Below, piece after piece: positions 24,682-36,764 of a stretch of DNA of 64,000 nt (its first letter is position 1; each line of letters begins with the position of its first letter). A program made the translations under genes and the position numbers. This stretch comes from Podarcis pityusensis (lineage: Eukaryota): NCBI GenBank assembly GCA_964106645.2, contig OZ067044.1; one strand, written 5' to 3'. The notes beneath the pieces were generated by a model, which saw only the letters and a program-made list of their open reading frames with translations, made no database searches and was not told where the DNA came from.

Positions 24682-25662
24682 TAGAATCATAGAATCATAG
24701 AGTTGGAAGAGACCACAAGGGCCATCGAGTCCAACCCCCTGCCAAGCAGGAAACACCATCAGAGCACTCCTGACATATGGTTGTCAAGCCTCTGCTTAAA
24801 GACCTCCAAAGAAGGAGACTCCACCACACTCCTTGGCAGCAAATTCCACTGTCAAACAGCTCTTACTGTCAGGAAGTTCTTCCTAATGTTTAGGTGGAAT
24901 CTTCTTTCTTGTAGTTTGGATCCATTGCTCCGTGTCCGCTTCTCTGGAGCAGCAGAAAACAACCTTTCTCCCTCCTCTATGTGACATCCTTTTATATATT
25001 TGAACATGGCTATCATATCACCCCTTAACCTCCTCTTCTCCAGGCTAAACATGCCCAGCTCCCTTAGCCGTTCCTCATAAGGCATCGTTTCCAGGCCTTT
25101 GACCATTTTGGTTGCCCTCCTCTGGACACGTTCCAGTTTGTCAGTGTCCTTCTTGAACTGTGGTGCCCAGAACTGGACACAGTACTCCAGGTGAGGTCTG
25201 ACCAGAGCAGAATACAGTGGCACTATTACTTCCCTTGATCTAGATGCTATACTCCTATTGATGCAGCCCAGAATTGCATTGGCTTTTTTAGCTGCCGCGT
25301 CACACTGTTGGCTCATGTCAAGTTTGTGGTCAACCAAGACTCCTAGATCCTTTTCACATGTACTGCTCTCAAGCCAGGTGTCCCCCATCTTGTATTTGTG
25401 CCTCTCATTTTTTTTGCCCAAGTGCAATACTTTACATTTCTCCCTGTTAAAATTCATCTTGTTTGTTTTGGCCCAGTTCTCTAATCTGTCAAGGTCGTTT
25501 TGAAGTGTGATCCTGTCCTTGGGGTGTTAGCCACCCCTCCCAGTTTGGTGTCATCTGCAAATTTGATCAGGATGCCCTTGAGTCCATCATCCAAGTCGTT
25601 GAGAAAGATGTTGAATAAGACCGGGCCCAAGACAGAACCCTGTGGCACCCCACTAGTCACTC
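24682..25662 (-). mobile_element. CR1 LINE, 5'-truncated, young
   Basis: Minus strand encodes RT motifs ([24 protein letters not shown]) and the CR1 ORF2 C-terminus (ORF 24852-25457). Two apparent 1-nt deletions near 25520-25540 and a probable CGA>TGA stop at 24852-24854. (ATTCTATG)n tail; TTCTTTAGA duplicated at 24677-24685 and 25663-25671. Confidence 0.96.
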
Positions 25663-25913
25663 TTCTTTAGACAGTTCTGATTAATGTTGTGACAGTCAAA
25701 CCATAAGGGAAAGCACTACCTAAGTGCTACTGATATGTTGAGGTGTGGAGAGTGAGCCATCTGATCTGGCAGTACTACAGGTGTAGGGAACCTCAGACCC
25801 AGGGACCAAATGTGTTTTGGCTACAATCTTGCTAACACACACTTGTTGAATTTAGGATTAAAATTAGTGATGGGTAATTCACCCCTACAGGGTGGGAGGT
25901 GATGACCATTTAT

Positions 25914-26172
25914 GAAGAAGAAGAAGAAGAAGAAGAGTTTGGATTTGATATCCTGCCTTTCACTCCCTTTAAGGAGTCTCAAAGCGGCTAACATTCTCCT
26001 TTCCCTTCCTCCCCCACAACAAACACTCTGTGGGGTGAGTGGGGCTGAGAGACTTCAAAGAAGTGTGACTGGCCCAGGGTCACCCAGCAGCTGCATGTGG
26101 AGGAGCGGAGACGTGAACCCGGTTCCCCAGATTAGGAGTCTACCGCTCTTAACCACTACACCACACTGGCTC
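25914..26172 (-). mobile_element. Squam3B-like (MIR/Ther1-related) tRNA-derived SINE
   Basis: Pol III A/B boxes on the minus strand, CORE-like body, (CTT)n tail, TTATG direct repeat on both flanks; nearly identical to the copy at 51666. Confidence 0.88.
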
Positions 26173-27225
26173 TTATGGCTTTTCCTTTGCCCAAAGCAGC
26201 AACCTGTTGACAAGTTGGTGGCAATGCTAGCCTAATGCTTAAAATAATTTACCTGGTTTGGATTCAGAAACCACCATTCACATTTAATGGTTGAATGGTG
26301 GGTATTTGTTGCTGCATTGCTGTGTAGAGAATGCTGATTTTTGAAAACAAGCATGTAAGGTTATCATGGGATTTGCAGTTTGGCCATCATTTAGAAGGCA
26401 ACGCAGCACCTGTGAAATTTGGGCCTGGTGATTTAGACTCTGTGCTGTGCCACATGTTCCATTCTCTTTTTATGTTTTATATTAAGTGGAAAAATTTAAA
26501 ACAACACTTTTGTCAAAAATGCATAAGCTGCAGTTCTAAATTTATGTAAAAATTCACTGCTATGTTTCTATAAACCTGCCATACATTCTTTATTTTAAAT
26601 AGACAGCTTTTCTAAATCACTGAGCTCTGCTTAGACAAGTGGTGTCTCTCTGGGTTGAATTTATGAGTGGATTTGAATAATAAATTCACATTTCAATGAA
26701 CATATTTTCATTAAAACTGTAAGGTTTATTTTACTGTACTTTTAAATAATGGCTTATTATAGAAGCTATAGTTTAAATTCATGCAGTGGTTGAAACTTAG
26801 TGCTCAGTTACTAGAAAGAAAATGAAAAGGTAAGAGATGCAAAATATTATAAAAGAATATTAATATTCTTTGGTGTAATCCTGAAATAGTTTTTGTTTCC
26901 ATAGAAGAAAGCAAAGCTGAGGCTGAGCTATGTACTTAAGATTCAGTTGCAGAAAGCTGGCATCTTCAGGTGTCTTCTTGTAACTAAAGTATTAATTCTT
27001 GCAAACCATCAGTATCATCAGCTTAGGAATCCCAGCCTTCTTTTAGCAAGCCAATTCTATACTTGTGCAGATCGTTTCAGGAAATGTTTTTTTAAAAAAA
27101 TTGAATTTGGTGATGAGTTTTTCGATGGCACAGACTGTTCACATGGTCAGAATAGTTTTTATAAGCCCTTTATATGCCCTCTTAAGGCAGATAAAATGGA
27201 ATAAAACTACAGGGAAGATGCTAAT

Positions 27226-27653
27226 NNNNNNNNNNNNNNNNNNNNNNNNNNNNNNNNNNNNNNNNNNNNNNNNNNNNNNNNNNNNNNNNNNNNNNNNNNN
27301 NNNNNNNNNNNNNNNNNNNNNNNNNNNNNNNNNNNNNNNNNNNNNNNNNNNNNNNNNNNNNNNNNNNNNNNNNNNNNNNNNNNNNNNNNNNNNNNNNNNN
27401 NNNNNNNNNNNNNNNNNNNNNNNNNNNNNNNNNNNNNNNNNNNNNNNNNNNNNNNNNNNNNNNNNNNNNNNNNNNNNNNNNNNNNNNNNNNNNNNNNNNN
27501 NNNNNNNNNNNNNNNNNNNNNNNNNNNNNNNNNNNNNNNNNNNNNNNNNNNNNNNNNNNNNNNNNNNNNNNNNNNNNNNNNNNNNNNNNNNNNNNNNNNN
27601 NNNNNNNNNNNNNNNNNNNNNNNNNNNNNNNNNNNNNNNNNNNNNNNNNNNNN
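27226..27653. other. N-run (428 nt)
   Basis: Seen directly in the sequence. Confidence 0.99.
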
Positions 27654-28221
27654 CCCTACTTACATAAGTTACATCATTGATTGTAACATTTAGTAAAAGT
27701 TAGCACACTTTTTAACATCTTGTGCATGTCTTATCAATGAGTGTATTTTTATTCTGCTTTGCATTAGATGTGAATGTGCCGCAAAGGAACCTTTTTTTGG
27801 GTGACAACACATATCTACCATTTCATTTTGCAAATAATTTTTGGGGAGGAAGAGTTACAGAAGAGGTTTTAATCTATTCTCTTTCTCACTGCACCTTTAA
27901 AATGAATTGCTTTTCTGATAACTTTGCTTATGCACATGAAATAGTAATGCTGGTATTTTTATTAATAGTTAACTGGAAGAGGTTTTTCCTCCTCCAATTC
28001 CTGGTTTCTTCCCCTTCTTCATATTTTCTGATTTACTGAATGTTTTATGCAATGTTTCTTCCCATCTTCGGCACAATAAAAGCAGTTCTGTAAAGAAATA
28101 AATGGGTTTTGGACGCCAAGATTGAGAGGCCACAATGTATGCTCCTGCAGGCGGAGCGGAAGGAGCAAACCAACAGCAGAAGCAGATGCTGGGTTCATCT
28201 GCATTTAGTATAACAGCTTTA

Positions 28222-28403
28222 CAGTGCAATCCAATATGTCTACGTATAAGTATGACCCACTGAATTCAGTGGGCCATACTTTCAGGCAGGTGGTTATGGG
28301 TTTGCAGCTTTGCAAAGCCACCATCCTACATATGTCTTCTCAGAGGCGAAGCCCATTGAGTTCAATGGGACTTATTCCTAGGTAAGCATGTGTAGGATTG
28401 CAG
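28222..28403. repeat. Two tandem ~85-bp palindromic miniature repeats
   Basis: Central palindromes CCCACTGAATTCAGTGGG (28256-28273, perfect) and CCCATTGAGTTCAATGGG (28352-28369); GCAATCC/GGATTGC-type ends. Confidence 0.65.
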
Positions 28404-30111
28404 GATTGCTTCTTTACATGCCATTATTTAAAGTGTTTCTCTCTCAAAATCCCCCCTCCCCCTCGCCAATAACTAGGGATTCCAAATTGTGGAAAAGAGA
28501 GTTTCCTTTCCCTGCTTCCAAAGCTTCTCACGTAGCAAAGGGGGAGGTTATACAATGTAGTGGATAACAAGCAAGTCCATCACACTTTGACAAGTGAAAA
28601 TGAGGAAGTGTCAAGAAAAACAACAGAAAGGTTAAAGGTAGAGGACTTTTCAACTTCCAATTTAGATGGGTCTTGCATGCCTAATTAGCAGCCTGAATTC
28701 TGAAAATATATATTCACCTATCTCTGTGCTTTCCTTGCTTATGATTTCAGTGGGAGTCACAAATGTTAGGGTTAATCATGTGCTTGGCAGAGATACTAAT
28801 GTCTTCAAGACTCAGTGTTCCAATATTCATGTGCTTAAATGCTGAAACCACTGTGTGTGTTTTTGGTGGGTTTTTTGGCATTCTGGTAGTTGTACAGGAC
28901 TATTGGAGACCTGAGAAATCTCTTGTTATGAAGATGTCTTCTGAACGATCACCAAACGAATTTCAAAATATTAATGCAATATTACTGTTATTTTGTAATT
29001 TCCCAGAACATTTCAGTTTTACCATACAGCGGGGATGTGTTGAGGAGGAAGAAAGACATTGCAGGGAAACTGGTAGCAAACATTGATTTAATAATCTGTG
29101 ACACTGAATTGTAAGTGGCATTCAGAGTTAATGCTTATTTAAAAATCTAAGCAGGGTTTCGATGGAGACTTAACTACTGCTGTATACTTAAACACACTAA
29201 GAAACATTGAGAAATGAGGGAGGAAAATGCTTACATGGGCCCTACCTACCTTTCATACTCTCTGTACTCCAGGCTACATAGAACAGCCATTCAGTTGAGA
29301 CTTCAAATGTTCTTAAAACATTCCCTTAATCCCTTTATTTAGGGATCCTTCTTGCATTAATTTCAGTGGTGTGGGAGCAGCGTGAACATGGTGAGATTTC
29401 ACTTGCCTATGAAAACATCTGTACTTACAAGCACATGGGTAAAGCCAGTCTTGTGGATCTTTTCCCACCAGTTGTTGCCCAGATAGGACAATATCAGCTG
29501 GCTGATGGAAGTTCCAGTCCAGCAACATCTGAAGGACCATAGCTGCCCTACCCTGGCTGTACAGAGACAACTGTCTGACAACGATCAAAGCAGAAAGGGA
29601 TCTTGCTATGGGGAAATTGTTTCCATGTTGCTGACATGATGCAAAAAGGGATCCTTAATCTCTGGGTTGGCTAATCTATCTCTGCTGCTCAGTGGTGCTA
29701 GGACAGTGGTTCTGAGATGAGAGCTGTACGAAGTAATTTGTCTTCATCAAGATCTGGACTTCACTCTTCCATTTCCATCTCCCTTTTCATAAGCTTTAAG
29801 TAACACCATTGATTCTGAAGATAATTTACAGCTAAAGACCTTTGCAGAGTTATGATCGAATAGCAACAAAATGTAGTCTTCCTGGACTACAAAATTATGA
29901 CAGCAGATGAAATTATTATTAAATATTGTTATTATTCAGTTTGTAGCCCCATTTATATGCTATGAGCAACTGCACTTTGGGTGAAGCCATCAAGGTTTTG
30001 GATTGTGAATATGTGGCCTAAATGGGAATCGTCTCTTTTAAAATAAGGGCCACATCAGATATTGAAACATTATTCATTCTGTGGGAAAAAGTGAGAGGTC
30101 TTAAAGCTATA

Positions 30112-30321
30112 CAGTGGTACCTTGGGTTACAGACTCTGCTAACCCAGAAATAATACCTTGGGTTAAGAACTTTGCTTCAGGATGAGAAAAGAAATTGCGC
30201 CGCAGTGGCACGGCAGCAGCAGGAGGCCCCATTAGCTAAAGTGGTGCTTCAGGTTAAGAACAGTTTCAGGTTAAGAACGGACCTCCGGAACGAATTAAGT
30301 ACGTAACCAGAGGTACCACTG
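30112..30321 (+). mobile_element. Tigger-like MITE
   Basis: TA|CAGTGGTACCT...AGGTACCACTG|TA with intact TIRs and TA duplication. Confidence 0.9.
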
Positions 30322-32250
30322 TAGATAGTAAATGGCATAGTAGTCATGGAAAAGTCAAAACTGGGGAGATGTGTGCTTCACTATGTTTATTTTGGTTGTT
30401 TGTGCGTTTAGTTTTTCAGTTGCTCAAACTTTTAAAAGGAAAGATAGAACTGAAGCCATTTTGTAAGAACTCTTCTCAAAGGTGGGTTATAAAATAAGTG
30501 TGATCCTTTAACGAAAATGTTATGTTTGTAATTCAGCTGGGATTTGAGTTTTACCAGTTATTAGCTGGAAATTCCATTAAGAGAAATGGTAACTCCCAAT
30601 TTGTAGAACTTACTTAGCATCCATTTATTTGCTAATCGGTTATTTCCTGGTCTAATTTGATGCCTGTTTACAGTGTAAATAAAACAAAAGTGTAAGGAAG
30701 AGGACAGGAGAATAATGAACTTGGGAAGAAGGAAGCATAGAACATTTTGGCTACCATGGATTTGGCAAGGCTTTGTGGAGAAAGTTGATTTTGCTCAGGG
30801 ACTTGAGATGGAGTTTTAGTCTTGATGTCATGAAAATGGGAGCAGGGAAGGAGGAAATGAGCACACCGTAGATGAGCTTGCACAAATGAGCAGACAAACT
30901 TGAGGCAATGAACGAGGGAAGGCGGCCAAAAGGAGAGCGTTGTGAAAATGACCTATGAGATTGATGTAGAAAATGATAGTGATGCAGTGAGGATGCAGGA
31001 GATGAAGGGTCATTATCGATCTGATTTTTTTAAAAAAACAACAACAACCCAACTCTTCAGCCAAAAAAAGACTCACAGAGTGGTTTACAGATTGATGAAA
31101 ACAAGACAGTCCTTACCCCTGCAGCTTGCAGTATAAAAAGACATGACCCTAAAGAAAAATGGATTGAGATGGAGGGGGAAATAAGCAAACTCAGGTACCA
31201 GTTTTTAGTTACCAGTTCTTCTAAGAAGCAGCTGGGATGGAAACATCGAGGAGAAGAGGAGCTGAAAGGTACTAGTCTTTCCACTGCATGGATGGGAATG
31301 TACCAGTATCCCTTCTCTCTCCTTCTCTTCTGTTGCCCTGAGGCAACAGCTGATGGAGGGAGGAGCCTGGCTTCTCAAGAACTGGCTTCTCAACATCTCT
31401 TATTTTCTGCTAAAAACTGAAACAAAAGGCAACATTTTAGTGGAAGGACTTTGAATTGATTTAAGAGGTAGGAAGGATATTGGCGTGGTGCACTGGAAAG
31501 ATGAAATTGCACTAATTGCCAAGGCATAGTTGGGAGTTTTAGCCATAGATAATAGACAGGGTAAGGAATGGAAGACATACAGTGGCAAAGCTCTATGGCG
31601 GGGATGGGCAAGCTTCAGCTCTCTGAGATCAACTTACATGTTTCTACTAGAAACATGGACCAGGTTCAAAATAGCAGCTCAGGATAGCTGGCATATACTA
31701 AGAACTGAGGGCATTATTAGCCCAGGACAAAAAGTCAACTTCCGGGGACGTAGCCAACTAATGTGTCCAGTCATGGATGCATTGCTCAGCACTGCTTTGG
31801 ATGCAACCAGTGCTATTTTTCTAGAAAAAGAGCTGTCAGAACCTACCACCAATGCCTTCCTTGTTCTCTTATAATGGCACTGGTGGCCACCTGAGAGGTG
31901 CCAGAACTGGAAAAAAGGCTCTGGGTAGAACTCCTGGTTTTTCCCAAGTGTTCTTCATTTCACCAGCCTAATTTAGGGCATGGGGTGGGGGGAGTCTTTT
32001 AGGCATTGCTGTGTTTAGATCGTTGAATGTCAAACTGATGATTTGTTGCAAATCATCAGAGATCAGCCTTCCCATCCCACCCCTGGTCTATGTGACAATT
32101 TACACTCTTAAAATGGCCTTGTTTGACATTTTTCTTGTGAGTAGTTGGCCCTGTACCACAAACCCATGCTGGAACTCCTCTCTGTTTCTAAAGCATTTTT
32201 TCATGGTGGGCAATTGGGGTTGTGGAATTGATTGTTAAAACCATTGCCAA

Positions 32251-32472
32251 TATTTGTTTATGTATTGAATTTCTATCCCATCTTTCCTCTGGTGTACATG
32301 GTTCCCCCCATTCCCATCTCTCCATTTTGTCCTCACAAAAACCTTGTGAGGTAGGTTAGGCTGAGAGATAGTGACTGGCCCAAGGTCACCCAGTGAGATT
32401 CATGGTTGAGTAGGGACTTGAACCCAGGTCTCCTAAGTAATAATATGACACTAGCCACTAAACTACACTGGC
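32251..32472 (-). mobile_element. Older Squam3/MIR-like SINE
   Basis: CORE-like TGTGAGGTAGGTTAGGCTGAGAGA..GTGACTGGCCCAAGGTCACCCAG and B-box TTGAACCCAGG, alignable by eye to the Squam3B-like copies. Confidence 0.75.
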
Positions 32473-33205
32473 CTGGTCCTCCTAGTTGCTAAAAAATGCA
32501 CGAGACTTAACTATTAATAACCTATAATTCAACATCTTTCAAATTACGGAATGATAATCATAACCCAACATGTAGCTGTTGATGCTACAATCTTTGTTGA
32601 TAATGAAAAATCAATGTAACATTGCAAGGAATGATTCGCACACTGTCAAAATTGGCCCCAAACTTGTAAGTGTTTCAGAGCATAAATGTTGAATGGGCCC
32701 AATAGTATTGCTGGAATTTTGACGCTTAAAGAAGAACAGTGTGTGGTCAGAGCCCATGGAGCACCAGTGATAACAGAATTGGCACAAATTTAACATGTTT
32801 CCGTTGGGAAAAGAATCCAAATGAAAGTGGGGCTGAAGCTGCAGGATATTTTAGCTTTTTGAAATAAAATGGACATATAAATACGAATAGACTGCTTTAC
32901 CATAGCTAGTCTTAGTCTTGGCATTATATATTACCTAATCAGTCTTTAAACTGGTGAGTTAGATCGTCAACTTCAACACTTTGTATTTAATGTGGAGGTA
33001 GACTGACTTTACTCAAATTTATTTTATTTTCATAGGTCCCTTTATAGAATGCAGTGTTGATACGGAATGCCGCTAAATTAATGGTTAATTCAGTTTTATC
33101 AGGATAATTTAAATAAACTGGAATTTTCCAGTTTGATTGATAGAATGTGATCGCTGTTAGCTGCAGACTCAACCTGCTTTTGACATTTAAACATATAAAG
33201 CTGAC

Positions 33206-33439
33206 NNNNNNNNNNNNNNNNNNNNNNNNNNNNNNNNNNNNNNNNNNNNNNNNNNNNNNNNNNNNNNNNNNNNNNNNNNNNNNNNNNNNNNNNNNNNNNN
33301 NNNNNNNNNNNNNNNNNNNNNNNNNNNNNNNNNNNNNNNNNNNNNNNNNNNNNNNNNNNNNNNNNNNNNNNNNNNNNNNNNNNNNNNNNNNNNNNNNNNN
33401 NNNNNNNNNNNNNNNNNNNNNNNNNNNNNNNNNNNNNNN
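33206..33439. other. N-run (234 nt)
   Basis: Seen directly in the sequence. Confidence 0.99.
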
Positions 33440-34417
33440 ACCAAGATCCTCAATTTAAACAAAGTCTTCTTTGCAGATATTCTGTGTTCAAGGGCACAGC
33501 AGAAAGGTTCATTGATCAAGTATGATGTACTGTAACATTTTTCTTATCCGAGCTCTTTTATGTATATTTATTAAAGATCCCATATTTCATATTATGCTTA
33601 ACTATATTGGAGGAAGTTCTTCACAAAACATATCCCAAATATAATATGAAGTATCTGCAAGCATATTGCACTTACTTTTAACTGCAATTCTGGGATTTAT
33701 GGATATAGAGAGATCTGCTGGTCTTATAAAAGTTGGAAAGGGTCATGACATACTTTAAAATGATATGTTGCCACTTAATATCCCAGTACTGACACCTGCC
33801 AGGTTTAATGACTGCATTTTTGTGATAATATAATTGCCTCAATCTGATCAGAAAGTCAACTTCAGTTGCAGTGTGCTGTTTTACTCTTTTTTTCTTGGCC
33901 TGATTGTGTTGCAAAAGAACAAGCGAGTTCTGCTTTTTTGTGGGGTGGGGGTGGGGAAATCCTATAATTCTTTGGTCTGTTCTAGGCAGTTAAAGTTTGT
34001 TCTTGAAATAAATAATAGCCAAAATGTCAATACTTCTAGTTTTCAGAATAATCATAAATTCCTGACCATAAAACAGTCATAAAGGTGTAATATTTTATTC
34101 ACTGTATATTCATACACCGCGTGTCATTGCAACAGAAAGGCAATGAATCATTCTTTCGGTATTGTCAAAAAGGAAGGGGGAAAAAGCGTATGAGCAAGAT
34201 AGGCCTAAAATATCGGTACTAAGGTTTAAATTTACTCCTTATCAGAGAGTGTAGCATATTCAAAATAGGTAATCTGCTCAAATATATTTATCTTACAAAT
34301 TGAACATTTTTTAAAAGGTACACCAGTTCTTACCAAATGAAGCTGGTTGACTTTTGTGGAAATTGTGCGTGAGCAATCTTTCACTTAGCACCCTCTACAT
34401 GAAGCACATCCACCCAC

Positions 34418-34728
34418 AGGAAATTCCGTAGCTCAGGGGTAAAGCATCTGCCTTGGATGCAGAAAGTCCTAGGTTCAATCCCTGCTATCGCCAAGTAGGA
34501 CTGGGAGAGACCCATGTCTGAAATCCTGCCAGTGATTGTAAACCAGTGTTTCCCAAACTTGGGTCTCCAGCTGTTTTTGGACTACAACTCCCATCATCCC
34601 TAGCGAGCAAGACCAGTGGTCAGGGATGATGGGGATTAGAGTCTGGAGACCCAAGTTTGGGAAACGCTGTTGTAAACAATACAGAACTAGATGGACCAGA
34701 CTCGGTGTAGGCAGCTTTCTGTGCTCCT
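34418..34728 (+). mobile_element. tRNA-derived SINE split by a hAT MITE insertion
   Basis: A-box TAGCTCAGGGGTAAAGCA and B-box GGTTCAATCC; the body resumes after the MITE and aligns with the uninterrupted relative at ~44370-44520. Confidence 0.7.
34544..34669. mobile_element. hAT MITE (126 bp)
   Basis: Long TIRs CAG(T/C)GTTTCCCAAACTTGGGTCTCCAG; perfect 8-bp TSD TTGTAAAC (34536-34543, 34670-34677). Confidence 0.93.
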
Positions 34729-34992
34729 CAGATCATGACCATGCCTGGAAACAACAAGTACATCTGAGAAAAACTCCAGATACACTGGGAAAGCAGGAGT
34801 GGCTCTCACTCTTTTTGAAGTAATGGCCTTTAGCAACCCTTTACATTTTAAGAGTTAAATACATGGGTGGCTCTGAGAAGCCCCATGTTTGACCTTGGCA
34901 TACAACATTCATGCAAAGTATGGAAGTTCCCAAACTCTCAGGTCACATAACCATTTTTAAAAGTTAACTTAAAATACTTCTTTATAGTATTT

Positions 34993-35130
34993 CAGAGATG
35001 GGGAACCTGTGACCCTCAAGATGTTATTGGACTTCAGCTCCCATCAGCTCCACCTAACATGACTAATGTTTAAGAATGATGGGAATTTTAGTCCGGCAAC
35101 GTCTGAAGGGCCACAGGTTCCTCATCTCTG
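34993..35130. mobile_element. hAT MITE (older)
   Basis: TIRs CAGAGATG(G/A)GGAACCTGTG; palindromic body; TSD eroded. Confidence 0.8.
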
Positions 35131-36124
35131 CTGTATCCAGTGGTTTACCTTCTGTTTCAGGCTCCTTGATCCAGCAGAGACTTCCCCTTGAAGAATGGGA
35201 AGGAAAAACTTTTTTTTCCAATTCATCCTCCCCCATGCAGTTCCTTGCAACACTTTCCGCATTGTTCCACAGTGTCTGGTCGACCTCTGAAGCTGTTTTG
35301 TGGGGCCACAGAGGTGCAGGGGGAATAAATATAAATCACCCCTTTTTCTACAAATGGAAGCCTTCCTTAAATCCAGGAGTGTTCCATCAGCAGAGGGACA
35401 CCATTGGATACAAGCCATGGTAAATAATGTTGCGAAAGCTTCTCTAGATGGTGAAACTCGAGGTTAACGTGATCTGCAGTAGTCCATTTTTCTAGCCATT
35501 TCTAGGATGTAATGAATTATGATTTTGCTTTTGCAAGACCACTTTGAGTACAAGTGGAGGGGAAAGATCGCCTTGTCATGATACTTCCACCTTAACAAAT
35601 GGCCGTGAGACCTGGCACAGTTCATCAGAAACCACTGCAGTATGAGTTCCATTGAAATGAACTAGAACAGGCTCCTGCTGGGTTGCAACCTGAGTTCTAG
35701 CCGCATTATAATGGGTGAAAACTATGGAAAAAGTTTAGTGGCCTCATTTTAAAGTTCCCCAAGTGTCTCATCTTCTAATTATCGATACCGTTTCTATAAT
35801 AAGTGAGTGCTCATTAATGAAAACCCATTCTTGCTTAACTTTTGTGTTTGAACTTCGGGGAAGTATCTTTAATGAGAAATATGTGGCACGTACCCTAACG
35901 GTATCCCTGGAGTTATAAATGTATGCAATAGAAAAATTTCTTTTCAGGGCTAGGCAAGATTCTGAAACAGGTTAAATATTGGATATTAATTTTCACACCC
36001 ACCCACTTAAAATAAAAAAATTAAAAAATTAAAAGGCTATTTTCTTCACAAACTGTGATTTCTTTATCCAAGGGTAATATAATATTCTAATTCAACTCCT
36101 ATCTTTATGCTAAATTTTACTTAG

Positions 36125-36239
36125 GATCAAAGCCGTTCAAATGCAAGATTTGCCACTTTGCAACAGCTCAACTAGGAGATGCCAGAAACCATGTCAAGAG
36201 GCACCTTGGGATGAGGGAATACAAGTGTCATGTCTGTGG
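36125..36239 (+). CDS. ZNF407: ZNF407 coding exon 3 (115 nt)
   Basis: TTTTACTTAG|GA...GG|GTGAGT. Phase-compatible with exon 2 and reads (HT)GSKPFKCKICHFATAQLGDARNHVKRHLGMREYKCHVCG, i.e. linker, one complete C2H2 finger and half of the next. Confidence 0.96.
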
Positions 36240-36738
36240 GTGAGTAAATTGAAACCGTTCCTCCCTTGGTTAACCAGAGAGGAGTGTAGGCTATGCATTG
36301 TTTCAGCATTCAAAATGGGGATGTGAGCAAGAGGGGCTAAAATTATGCATGCATATCCTCCTTCCCATTGTTATGGTAAATTCCTTAAATACAGTTATGA
36401 CATTCTTTTCCTACTTCTAATCCAGTACTGCAGATGAGCAATTTTATGGGCTACAAGGTCAATTTGAACCTGTAATCTGTAAATTGACTAAATTATAGGA
36501 TGTTCATTCACATTGCCAGGGAGAACTGTAAATTCCTTTTTAAAGGCATGAAAAATAATATAGACTTCAATTTGGTATGTGTTTTGTGTATATGTGCACA
36601 TACATGCATTTGTGCTATATATTGTTCTAGTTTGAGCTCAGTTAACAGATTATGGGCTCCCGTGGAGTTTTTGCACTGCAGGAGACACAGGAAAAGAAAA
36701 CTTCCAAAGAATTGCGTATATTGCTGCACACGAGAGGA

Positions 36739-36764
36739 GTGTGTGTGTGTGTGTGTGTGTGTGT
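36739..36764. repeat. (GT)n microsatellite
   Basis: About 13 GT units. Confidence 0.9.

Noticed and set aside
25912-26235. Similar ORFs at 25912 and 51659 suggesting a duplicated small gene
   Set aside because: Both are antisense translations of the same SINE family.
36141-36326. 61-aa ORF over exon 3
   Set aside because: Wrong frame; the real exon reads SKPFKCKICHF... in another frame.
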